Assembly (NCBI GenBank): GCA_964387705.1
Contig: CAYLWT010000001.1
Coordinates: 35,874-99,873 of the forward strand
Reading direction: 5' to 3'
DNA from: an uncultured Christensenella sp.
GTDB lineage: Bacteria; Bacillota; Clostridia; Christensenellales; UBA1242
Length of the DNA stretch: 64,000 bases
Made by a program: the position numbers and the translations under genes. A model generated the notes under the pieces. The model was not told where the DNA came from. It was given only the letters and a program-made list of their open reading frames with translations, and did no database searches. Numbering within the stretch: position 1 is the first letter of the stretch; the number at the start of each line of letters is the position of its first letter. Shown piece after piece: positions 1-12,000 of this stretch.

Positions 1-3000
1 CCAATTTTGCCATTGTTGTCAGTCCCGCTGCAATAAGTCATCACATTATTAACAATAAATTTGTTTTGCTCTTCATTATAATAAGCTGAATTAACTTCGA
101 GTTTTTTATTTATTGTGTCAAAAGAAGTATATGATATCGCTTCTTGCTTATCGCCAACAAAACCAACCTGCCAACTAGAAATAATTGCTTGAGAACGAGT
201 TATTGCCCAATTTTGTGTTAAGCCCGCATAAGTATAGTTCCCTCGAGATAAAGAACTATTATCATTTTCATAGTCATTTACAACTGTTACATTTGTGGTG
301 TAACTGCCTATACTTCCAATATAGTTTGTTTCGCTTCCGCTTAAAGTTGAATTGTAACTATTAATGTTGTTAAGTATAGTAAAGGAATCACCAACCTTAA
401 ACCCACCTTGAGGATAGATGACTGTCATCGTCTTGGCTGTCCCACTTAAATCTGTGGTCGTTATTTGGAACCTGATTTTGTCATCACCAACATTTTTGAA
501 CACAGGCAACACAACAAAAGTATAATTGCTCATATTTTGTATTGCATTTGTATAGTCGCCAACAATTGTATAATTGTTATTGCCACTTGTGTCTCTTTGT
601 GCATAAACCCATTTTTCAGTTTCAACTTTAAGTGGAGTTATACTCCAGTCTTTGCCTGTATTGTTGACAAGAACGTAATCCAAATTGCCAAAATAATCAT
701 AGCCACTATCATCAGTGTTGCCAGCAAGCCCACTTGCCGAACGACCAATGGACAAATCAACAAAATAATTTCCTGTGTTGCGAGGTTCTACTGTTTGTTT
801 AACTTTTTCTGCATCAAGAACGTAGGTTTCACCTTTGAGGAGCAAACTCGAAAGTTGCTCGCCATATGGAAGTGTAAGGGGTGAATTTGAAACAATTTTG
901 CCATTAAGTTTGGTTATTGACAAGTTGTAATTTTCATCTTTTACTGTTGTATCGTCCAAAGTTTCCCCACCTGTATAAATAGGGTTTATCTTGCTACGGT
1001 TATACACAAATGTGTTTTTTACCAAAGAAAGGTCAATTTGTGCTGGTTCTATTGAAACAGTATTAAACCCGAGATAACTCGTTGTGGTTCCAACCTTTTC
1101 ATCATCTATTCCACTGCCTGTAGCCGAGACTTGCACGCTTATATAACCAGAAAAGACATGTTTTAGAATAAGTTGATCGCCAACCACTTCGTCAGTTTTA
1201 TTTTGAATAAAGTTTTGTTCCGAACTACCATTAACTCTCCATTTCCATACATATGAATATGTGTAGTCTCCATTTACACTTTCAATATTAATAGAAAGTT
1301 TTATCTTCTTGCCATAATTGGTTGTAACTATGCCACCTTCTACATCGTACGTGCCTTCAACATTGTCTTCTTCATCAAGTATAACTGCCGACACAGTGAA
1401 TGCTGGGGCAGCAATGGTCCAAACTGCACGCATATTTTGTCCATAACGAATTTGTGTTTCAATTTCCCAAGAAAGATCTTCACCATTATCATTGATCAAA
1501 TATTTATATCCTTTTATGGCTTGTCCACTTTGTTCAAATCGACCCACAAAAACTGTTTCGGCCGCAGAAAGTTTTATCCTTCTTTCATCAGAAGCATCTA
1601 TATACGTGCTATAACTATCACCATACTTTGCCGTAATTTTAACCCATTTATTTTCTGAAATGCTTGTATTGTCTTGTGTTTTTGCAGTGTCAGTTGGAGT
1701 CTCAATTCCTGTTGATTTGAAAAGGTAGAAACTAAATTCGCCACCAATTTCTACCAAAGAAACTTCCCCTGCAACCCATTTTTGATTGCTATCTCCGGAA
1801 GAATTCTTGGATGTGTCTCGTGCAAACTTTTCGACGATTTCTGGATGCGTTGTTATAATTGCAATTTCTGTGTTGATATTGTTCTTGTATTTGTAAACAT
1901 CAGTGTTTGTCTTACATTCCACGACGACCAGTACTCTGCCAATGTCATCAATCAAAACATCTGCATTATTTTCTCCCTCTTTCATCGAATAAACATACAT
2001 CTCTCCAGAGATATTGCTAAGTTGTCTTATGTAAGGATATTCTCCATGCTCATCGGATTTTGAAACGTCATACAACACCACTTGCCCAACAATTTTAATA
2101 GCCGATTCACTGCCGTCAAGCCTCATCATCTCCTCTTGCCCTTTGAGGAAAATTGAACTATTTTTTCCACTAACGCCTGGATTAATTCTGTTATCTTCCA
2201 CAATCAAAGCTTTAACAATGATTGGCGAACACGAATAAATTCCAGTTCCTGCTGTGGAGTAATTGCTGGAAATTTTTGTGGCAGTTTCATTTTTTCCGCC
2301 ATCAAAGGAAACTTCTCCTCCAAGAATTGCAAGTGCACCACCATATGAATAGGACTTGTTGTTTGAAATTGTAGATTGTGTTATAACAACTTTTACACTA
2401 TCACCAGCACCTATTTTATTTTGATAAATTGCGCCACCATAGCCAAATAAGGTGTCGGTTGCAGGGTCTTTAACATTCGCCAAATTGTGTGTCAAAACTG
2501 CACCTGACTTAATTTCAAGCATGCCATAATTCGCTATTGCACCACCATTCCTTGCCATGTTGCTTTCAAGTGTTCCACCCTCAATTATCAGTGTTCCATA
2601 GTTCGAAATTGCACCGCCATCATTTATATTTTCCGAATTAGTCAAATACACACCGTTCCCAATACTAAGTTTGCCATTAGCTTCCACATAAATTGAACTT
2701 TCAGTGGCTTGCACACCCTTATTATAATTTGTAAGATTGGTGATATTTGATGGATAATTGCTACTTGAATAATTCGTAACACTCCAAACAGCTCCGCCGT
2801 CAATTGTTATTGCTCCGGAAATTGTAAGAGAACCCTCTGCGGTTACATCAATAAGTTTACTTGTAAAAGACTTTTCGGCACTTGTAAAACGAGTTATGAT
2901 AACCCCGCCAAGTTCTGCATCTCTGTTCCATTCTACATTTTTATCTTTAACTTCATAGGTTTCCGTAAGAATAATCTTTCCACCCTTAGTCAATGCTCCA

Positions 3001-6000
3001 AAAGCGGAATTCATATTTGTATGATAATAAATTTGGTTGCCACTTGTGTCCTTACTTTCCTCGCTTGTAACAGATTCAAGTGTTGTTGTAAGCGAACTAT
3101 TCACATAAAAGGTTGGTTCATCTTTTCCTTCACCTGTGCCATAATAAAGTTCCTGCGCATAAACAAACACTTCAATTTCACATGTCGCAGTGGAATATGC
3201 CGAATAAGTATTTTTATCTGGGACAAATATAACAATACATTTTTTGACACCAACTTCATTGAACAATGTGGAACTTTCACCCCATTCAAATTTTCCTATA
3301 ATTTCCACTGGATTTTTATCTTTTATCGTTGCTGAATCATAGACTTTTGCCGTGCCACCAAGATCAAGATAATTATCAAGAGTTGTTTTACTAACTGGGG
3401 TCGTTGCATTGTAATAAACGGACATACTAAGTTTTGGTTTATTCTTTTCATCAATTGAAACTTGTTTTGCTCCAATTTCAATAACCCTGCAATCATAACT
3501 GGTTGTTTTTAAGCTTTTTGTATTCTTAAATCTAAAATAAATGTATGACTTTCCAGAAAGAATTGGATTGTAGGAATCTTCCCAAATTTCGTTATTTTGC
3601 AAAATTTCATCAGAAAGGTTTCTTGTTGAACTTTGATAATATTGAATAGTGTAATTTTTTGCAACCGATTCAACCATCTTTATTGAAATCGAAATTGTGT
3701 GATATGCACCATCGTAACTTCCAATGTAATCGCTTGCAGTATAACTCACTGTTTCTGTTTCTGTTTCACTGATTCTGCTTCCAGATATCCCAAACATGAT
3801 GCGAGAAATTTCCCCCAAACGAGAACTGTAGTTCAAATCTGAATAATTTTGAGTACTTGTATTTGCAGAATAACTTGCCATAAACACATCATTGCCAAAT
3901 ATAACATCTGTGGAAATGGCATCGCTTGAAAAATATTGCAAATTCTTTGAATGTATAGAAGTTGAATTATTTGATGTTAATGAGCTGACACTTTTAACCA
4001 CCTCTACATATTTTGCGTCTCCCAAATTGTAAAAAATGCCAATTGCAGAGCCAGCATTCAAATCCCCATAAAGAGAAATTGTCTTTCCCACAGCGCTTAA
4101 AACAATGTTACGTTTGCTTCCACTTGGGTTATAATTGCCTAAAATGTATGGTGTCCCGCACAAAACAACACCCTCAGTATCTCCGCCGACTGCACCACCA
4201 ATTGTTGACGTGTTCCCAGAAATTTTTCCACCTGAAATGATAACTTTTCCACCCTTTAGGTTGATAATACTATCATCAGCCGAGTTTTCGCCGATATAAC
4301 CGCCAGCAATAGTCAAAGTTCCAGAAACATCGATTATATATTTGTTTTCGGAATTGTCCCCTATGTTGTTGTAAATTTGAGCATCGTCAGATATCACTAC
4401 ATTAACACTTCCAGGAATAAACACCACCGACTTAAAATTTTTATGACCTGTAATTTGTCCACCATAAATATTGAGTGTACTTCCGCTGTAGATTGCACCG
4501 CCTTCCTCAACCGCTTTGTTGTTTGAAATTATTCCATCATAAATATTAGTTGTTCCACCACTAAGATACAATGCCCCACCTGAGCCTGCGTAGTTTTGAT
4601 CAAACACCCCGCCATACATATTGAACTCTGTATTCGAGCCATTTACAAATATTGTGCCATTCCCTTGCCCATCGCCATTTTGCAAGAAATCTCCGCCATA
4701 AACATTAAGCTTTGTTGCTTTATCAACAAAAATTGCCGTTCCAGAATAAGTGTTGTTTGTCTGACTATTATAAACACTCGTTCCAGATTTCTTTATTTTG
4801 TTGCCCATAAATCTCGCACCATCATAAATATTAATCTCCGAGCCAAATGCAGCAATGGCACCGCCAGAAAGAGCCTGGTTCCCTTCAAAAATCCCACCAC
4901 GAATTGTGATTGTGCCTCCATTTGCACAAATTGCACCACCGAGGCCATCATAAGAACTTGATGATATGTAGTAGGTTTCATTTGCAACAAACCAACCTCC
5001 AGTCAAAAGCAGTGTTCCTTTTGAATACACCGCACCTCCAAAACTTGCAGAGTTGCTTTCAAACACACCACCCGCAATTTCAAGGGTTGTATTATCGCTT
5101 ACATACACCACTCCGCCATAGGTCCCATCATCAATAGGTTGAACGACGTTTCCTTCAAAAGTTCCACCATTTATCACAGCACTGCCATGTTCAAGGTAAA
5201 GTACAGAACCGTTTGAGGCATTATCATAAAAAGCCCCATCATTTATTTCTGTGTAAGCAGTTAAAGATGAATTCTTTGAATTTGAGTTTCTTATAACTCC
5301 ATAGATATTCCCATAGAATGCACCAGAATTTATAGTCAAATTCCCCTCATTCTTAATGGCTGAAGTCGTTTCCACATCTCGCAAGATTGTTCCGTCTTGA
5401 ATAATAAGTGTGCCATAATTTGAAATAGGGGCAGAGATAAACTCACTTGCAGATAAAACAAGCGTTCCATAATTCATTATTACATAGCTATTGTTTGATG
5501 TAATTTTAAGGTTATCTATTGTAAGTGTGCCATAGTTTTCGAACAAAATCCCAAGCCTGTCTCCCGCGTCTGTTACAAGGTCAACAATCATGTCTGAAAC
5601 ATTGACTGTAACCCCTGATTCTATTTTATAGAACACAACTGTTTTGACTTCCCCAGAAGAAGCTTCCCCAGAAGAAGCCCATTGACGTTTAACTTTAGAA
5701 ATGGTCATATCAGACTTGATAACGGTAGTCTCTGAAAAACTTACCACACTATATGATGTGTCGTCTAATTTTTTGTTTGTCCCACTCGAGATAAGTTTTG
5801 ATTTATTTTCATCTAATTTTAGTGATTCGGAGAAATTGACAAAAATGCTATTGTAATCTTTTTCTGTAAGATTTGTTGATTCCACAGTCGCAATGATCGT
5901 CCCCTCTCCTGACGTGTCAGGGGCAAGGTTTATAATAGAATTGCTTGAAATTGAGTTTAAAACAAGATTTGAATTTACTGTTTCTTCTGCGGACTCTCCA

Positions 6001-9000
6001 TTTTCTCTTGCAAGTTGCAATTTGCCCAAAATCTGAACATTTCCAGACAAAGTAAATGTAACGTCCGACACTATTTCCGTTACGCCACCAATATCTTTCT
6101 TTACTAGATTTTGATTTATTGCAATTTCATCTTCAGAGCCGGCTTGAATTAAGCTGTCTGAAATGTTAACAATCCCGCTGTAAACCCAAAGTTGTGAGCC
6201 ACAACCGCTCAATATTGTTCCATTTCCCGAATTCAAATTCCTGAAAAAGTTATTTGCAATGGTTGAATTGCTAATATTCATCGTAACTTTTGAAGTTTCT
6301 CCACCCACAATGCCTGCGGAACGGACATCCATTTCACTTGGTGAACCTTGAGCATAGTTGGAAGAAATGTAACTGCCCATAACTGTTATTTCATAGGCAA
6401 AATATACTGCCCCTCCAAATGTTGATGATGTAACATTTTCAATGCCATTGTTTACAACTTGAACATTGTTTAAAACAATATTTCTTGCATAAATTGCACT
6501 TCCATTTCCAGTCCCATTGTTATTTGCATGTTGAACAATATTCCCAACAAATTCACAATTTGTCAAAGTTGTCACATCGTCAGTCACGACTGTGCCATCA
6601 TCGTTTGTTTTCATTTCAACATACAAACCACCGCCATTTTGTGCTTTGTTATTTTCAACAGCAATCCCATTGGCAACAAATTTGTATTTCGCATAAATTC
6701 CACCACCATTTGTTGTCGCAATATTTCCTAAAATGGATATTGCACCCTCTCGGCCAAGTCCAAATGTTGAGTTGCAATTTTCAATATATAAACCGCCACC
6801 AATATAAGCATTATTATATTTTATCGTTGCTTGATAAATCTTTGAAACTTCTACAAAATATGCACCGCCACCAAGACCGCCAGTACCAGTTGTTGAATTA
6901 AACACAGCGGAGTTCGAAACAAGGTTGATGTTGCTTATCACAACACTCTCTCCCACTGCATAAATTCCTCCACCATTTTCAGCAGAGCAATTTAAAATGT
7001 CCGCATCGTATATTGTAACTTTTGCCGTTTCCGAAATATATAACCCGCCACCAAGAGTTGCAGAGCAATTTTGAATTGTTATGTCATAAATCGTAACCAC
7101 TGCGCCATCGCCAGCCAAAAGTCCGCCACCATTCCCCGTTGAATAACTATCCAAAATCTCCCCGCCATAAAGAACAAGAGTGGCACTTACAAAAACAGCC
7201 GAGCTTGTGCCGTTGTGATTTTGAATTGTTACACCATCATAAATAGAATGAGAACCTGAACTGAATTCAACTGCATTTTCAACTGTAGACCCCGTTTCCC
7301 CGGCATAATTTGCGCCATCAATTACAATTTTACCAGTCATATTTTTTGAACCTAGAGTTGTGTCTTTGAACATTGGTTGTGTAAAATCCGTTGCTCGCAC
7401 AAAGGTTACAGTCTTGTTGTCCACTGTCACCGTTTCGGTGGTTTCTATTGTGTTTTTTACATATATGATTCCACCATCGCTCATTTTGCTCAAAATGTCA
7501 GAGATTGAAGCCCCAATATAACTATCATTCCTATAAAAGCCAATTTTACTCTCAACTTGTTTATATTCAAGAACATCATAACCTTTAACTTCGACCAACA
7601 TTTCAAATTCTACTGGATCAAAAAGATTTGTGTTTTCTGGGGTGAATACAACCGTGAACACCTCATATCCTGCTGTTGTTCTTGCAATTCGAGTTTCGTC
7701 TTTCCATGTAAAAGTCCCTGCAATTGCATCTCCACCAAATTCTGCTCTCCCTTGTGAAATAGTTGCAGTGGACAGAGCATGCCCAACAAACAAACCATCA
7801 ACCACTGGAAGTTCACTGATTGTCAGTTGCCCTTGTGCCAAAAGTTGTATTGTGCTTTGTCTTGTTATTGTGTTGCTAGAACCTGTTGAAAGAGAATTAA
7901 CGATATAATATGTTCCTGCAAAAGAAGTTACTTTTTCAGTTGGGAACACAACCTCCTCAGAAAGACGAGAATCACTGTATGCACTAAATGTATATTTGTA
8001 GGAAACAGTCCCATTTGAAAATGTTTTATTCTCGCTATCATAAGAAAGTTTTTCACCATTTACGAACACTTGCATAAGACTGGCAGGAAGTGTTGAAATC
8101 GCACCACCATAATGGTTAATTGAACCCTTAAAATCGGAAGCAATAAAAATGTTTGAGTCTGATGAAATGGTTGTTGCATAAATTACTCCGTTGGAATTGC
8201 TCCCAGAATTTGAGAAACTATGTCCCAATGTAAATGACGTGCTGTCACTGCTGAAACATTCCACATCACTCGCCTTCATTGCATAAGGTTTACTGTTGCT
8301 GGCTTGGACAACAGTTTTCCCCGGATTTTTATCACTTACCCATGCAGTTGCATTTGTTGTAATCCCAATTTGAGAACCTGCTGACAAAGGCCCATTAATG
8401 TAAACTGGAGTGTTCCCAACCTCAAGATTTTTTGTTTGTCCGGTTATTAAAATTTCCCCTGAAATATTAAGGGTTGCACCATTTACAACAACTCCAGTCT
8501 CTGCCGAGCCTGAGACCTCAATGTCATGGAAATAAATTCTTCCACCATTAAGTTCCAGACCATTTTTTGAAGATTCTTTAAAAACTGTTGAATTGAACGA
8601 TACAAAAGAACTGCTACTTGATGCGTTGCCTGTGGTATAAACAAAACTTCCATTTGATTTGTAGAACTTTGAATTGAATATATCCCCACTTGCTTCCTTT
8701 GTGTTGAGATATATTGCTGCTCCATTGTTAGTCGCAGAAGTCGTTATGTCTTCTCCACCAAATGTAGAATTGCTTATTCTTATATATCCGCCACCAACAT
8801 AAATCACACCACCATTTTCAGCAGAAAAATTACCAAATTTCACGTTATCAATGTATGTCGAGCTTGAAACTGAATTTGCGGAAGTGACATAAATTGCTCC
8901 GCCATCTTTGCTTGTTTCTGAGGTTGTCCCTTCAAAACTTGCTACACTTGACGACATGTCTGAAAGACTGAGATTCCCTTGTGAATAAATTGCACCACCA

Positions 9001-12000
9001 CGAGAACCACTTGTATTGCAAACAAGTGAAATTCCAGTTGCAACCAAACTTCCCCAGTTACAAATCGCACCACCATCAGTTTCCGCAAAGTTGTCTGTAA
9101 AATAGCACTCTTCAAGAATAACCCCTGTATTTGAAGAAATGAAAATTGCACCGCCACAATCAGCCTCGTTTGAAACAAATCCAGTTTCTCCGTCCAAAAT
9201 TCTAAGAGCTTGTGTTGATGCGTAATTAATGAAAATTGCGCCACCGTTATTTGTTGCCTTGTTGCCTGTAAAAATTGTATTTTGAACAGTCAAAACCTCC
9301 GCATTTATTGCACCAGCATTGCCACTTGAAATATTTTTTGTAAATTCTGAATTTTTGACAAGCAATTCTTTTTTGGAATATACTGCGCCATTTGTTGAAA
9401 TATTCTCTATAAATTCGCAGTCATCAAGAGTAAGTTTTACATCTGCATCTTCACCAACTTTAACTGCAGAACCAATTGAACCCTTGTTGCTTTTAAATAA
9501 ACAACCTGCAACTGTGTATGAATATGAATTCCCCGTGATAAAAACACCTGCGCAATCACCTGAAACTGTGTTGTCAATAAACGAGCAATTTTGAATAATA
9601 TCATTTGAATTCGAAACTTTTAAAATTCCATTTACTGATTGAAGTTTTATTTCATTCCCTTCAAAAACGACATTCGAAACCAAATATCCCATATTATCAG
9701 CAAACTTGACGATTTCTTTTTGAAAGACATTGCCGGCAAATCTTCCGCCAGTTATAGAAAATTTGATATTTTCTCCAACAACCAGTCCATAACCATTTGT
9801 TGTAGTGGTGTAATAAATACTATTTGAAACAAACTCTACATTTTCAAGAGCAACCTCGCCATTGCCTGAAAGATACATAAGAGAACCCGATTGTGAAATG
9901 GTCGTGCCAGTAATTAATGCATCGGAAATTGTTAACGAACTATCTAAGGCATAAACAATAGCCCCTGAAATTTCTCGAGTTAATTCCACACTTTTTTTTG
10001 TGTCAATGGAATAAAAATCAACATTCGAAATTACTAAATTTGCCCCATTTGCAAGATAAATTGCTCCGCCTTGGTCCGCATAAATTGATGTAAAAGTTCC
10101 TTCACTAGCACTCACCTCAATGTCCCCATCAAGATACAATGCTCCACCTTGTGAAGATTCATCTTGTGCAGCAACATTTTCCATTTCAAAATCTTCCATT
10201 GTCACGTTTATTTTTACATCATTTTCTGCAAAAATTGCTACTGCGCCACGACTTCCCGTTAAGTAGTCCTTAATGCTAATACTCTTGACATCAATTGTGC
10301 AATTTTTGTCTGATTTTATAACCAAAACTCCAGCCTGCGTTGCAACCCCAACAACATTTTTTGCTTCAAATTCAGCTTGCAAAATTTGAACTTTTGAAAT
10401 GGAATTTATGTAAACGATTCCTTCTCCAGTTGCCGAGCAAGAAGAAAAAGTATTTCCGTCACGTTGATAAGCTTTTTTGGTTGGGTCCCCAAGGATAGTA
10501 TCTCCCGCAGAATTCACATAAAGTGCTCCGCCATTCGTTGCGGACAAGCCATCAAAAGAGCATTGTTTCGCTTGCAACAATTCCGTTTCTCCATCAAAAT
10601 ATATCGCTCCACCATTGCGCCCTGCATTTCCGCCAACAAAATTGTTTCTTTGAATCCTAAGCGATTTTTTGCTATATATTGCACCGCCATCAAAAGTCGC
10701 CGAGTTGGATACAAAACTTACTCCGTTTTCTACTTTATCTTCTTCATCTTGCTTGTCAAAAGTTGCATCTTCATCAAGGTAAATAGCACCACCATTTGAA
10801 GCATGATTGTTTTTGAACGTTACAATTGTTTCTTGAGCAAGGACAAGTCTCCCTGAAGCCATATAAATCGCCCCGCCATTGCCAGCAGTTTCATCACTTG
10901 TTCCATTCGAGTCAAAAAGTGAGTTTTCGACCGTCAAAATGCTTGACTTTCCGCTCACATAAATCGCCCCGCCATTGCCAGCAGCATTTTTACTCGAATC
11001 GCCACTTCCAGCAATGTTTCCTGTAAAAGTGCAATTGCTCAAGGAAACAACGCTGTTATTTATATATAAACCTGCACCACTTTCTCCCACGGAAGCTTTG
11101 CAATTATACACAGTGACATTTGACATTTCACAATTGCTTACATTATCCAAATAAATCCCACGCGAACAAATATCATTTTCTTCAAAGTTACCAATGTTTG
11201 AATTATAAATTTTGACAGTGGTTACATTCACCACTTTCAAGACACTGCCAGAACAACCTTTTGCGACAACCCCCTCAACATTTTCAGATGTTTCATCGCT
11301 CGCCAATACACCAAAATTTAGTTCACTAGCATTCTCAATTTCAAACGCGCTACCTCCGCCTGTTATATTTACGTTTTTGATTGTTGTTGTTGTTTTTGTT
11401 TCACGTTCTGATCCTTTTATCACGACATTCTTTGCACTTGAAGGATTGTTGATTGTTAACCCATCTATTTTAACCTCCTTTTCGTTTGTTGAAATGGACA
11501 AAACCGCACCAGAACTATTTGTAATGTTGTTACTATCAAAAGTGACATCTGAAATTGAAAGGGTTCCACCCAAACCCAAATTCAAAACATTGTCAACAGA
11601 CGCGTTTCCTGTAAAATTAACATTATTGAAAATTGGAGTCGTTTTAGTTGCATTCACAATTCTACCCACATTGTCAACAAAATTCACATTATTCAATCCA
11701 AGAACAACATTTGAAACATTAATGATGTTTGAAGCAACATTCCCTTCAAAAATCGTTTTATTTTGATCTGCATTTGAAAAAGTCAATGATTGATTCAAAA
11801 CTTCAACCAAACTTGCATTACCGGCATTATTGTTTGCAAAAGTGTTTACCCCCGAAAAAGTTACCATAGTATCACTTGCTTTGACAACAGTTCCGCCAAA
11901 ATCTTCAAATGTGCAATTTTCAAACGTAACATCAGTTGAAGATCCAATAGCAATCCCCGACACGCCTTTTGTTCCAATAAATTTACAATTTTTAAATTTA

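Noticed and set aside
9961-9995. A8/T8 homopolymer tracts inside the giant genes (e.g. 9981-9988 and about 14935) and an A8 tract in the 12459-12758 spacer, considered as slipped-strand phase-variation switches
   Set aside because: Runs of 8 A/T are expected by chance at this base composition and encode ordinary Lys-Lys codons. Without population data showing length variation, this is not supportable.
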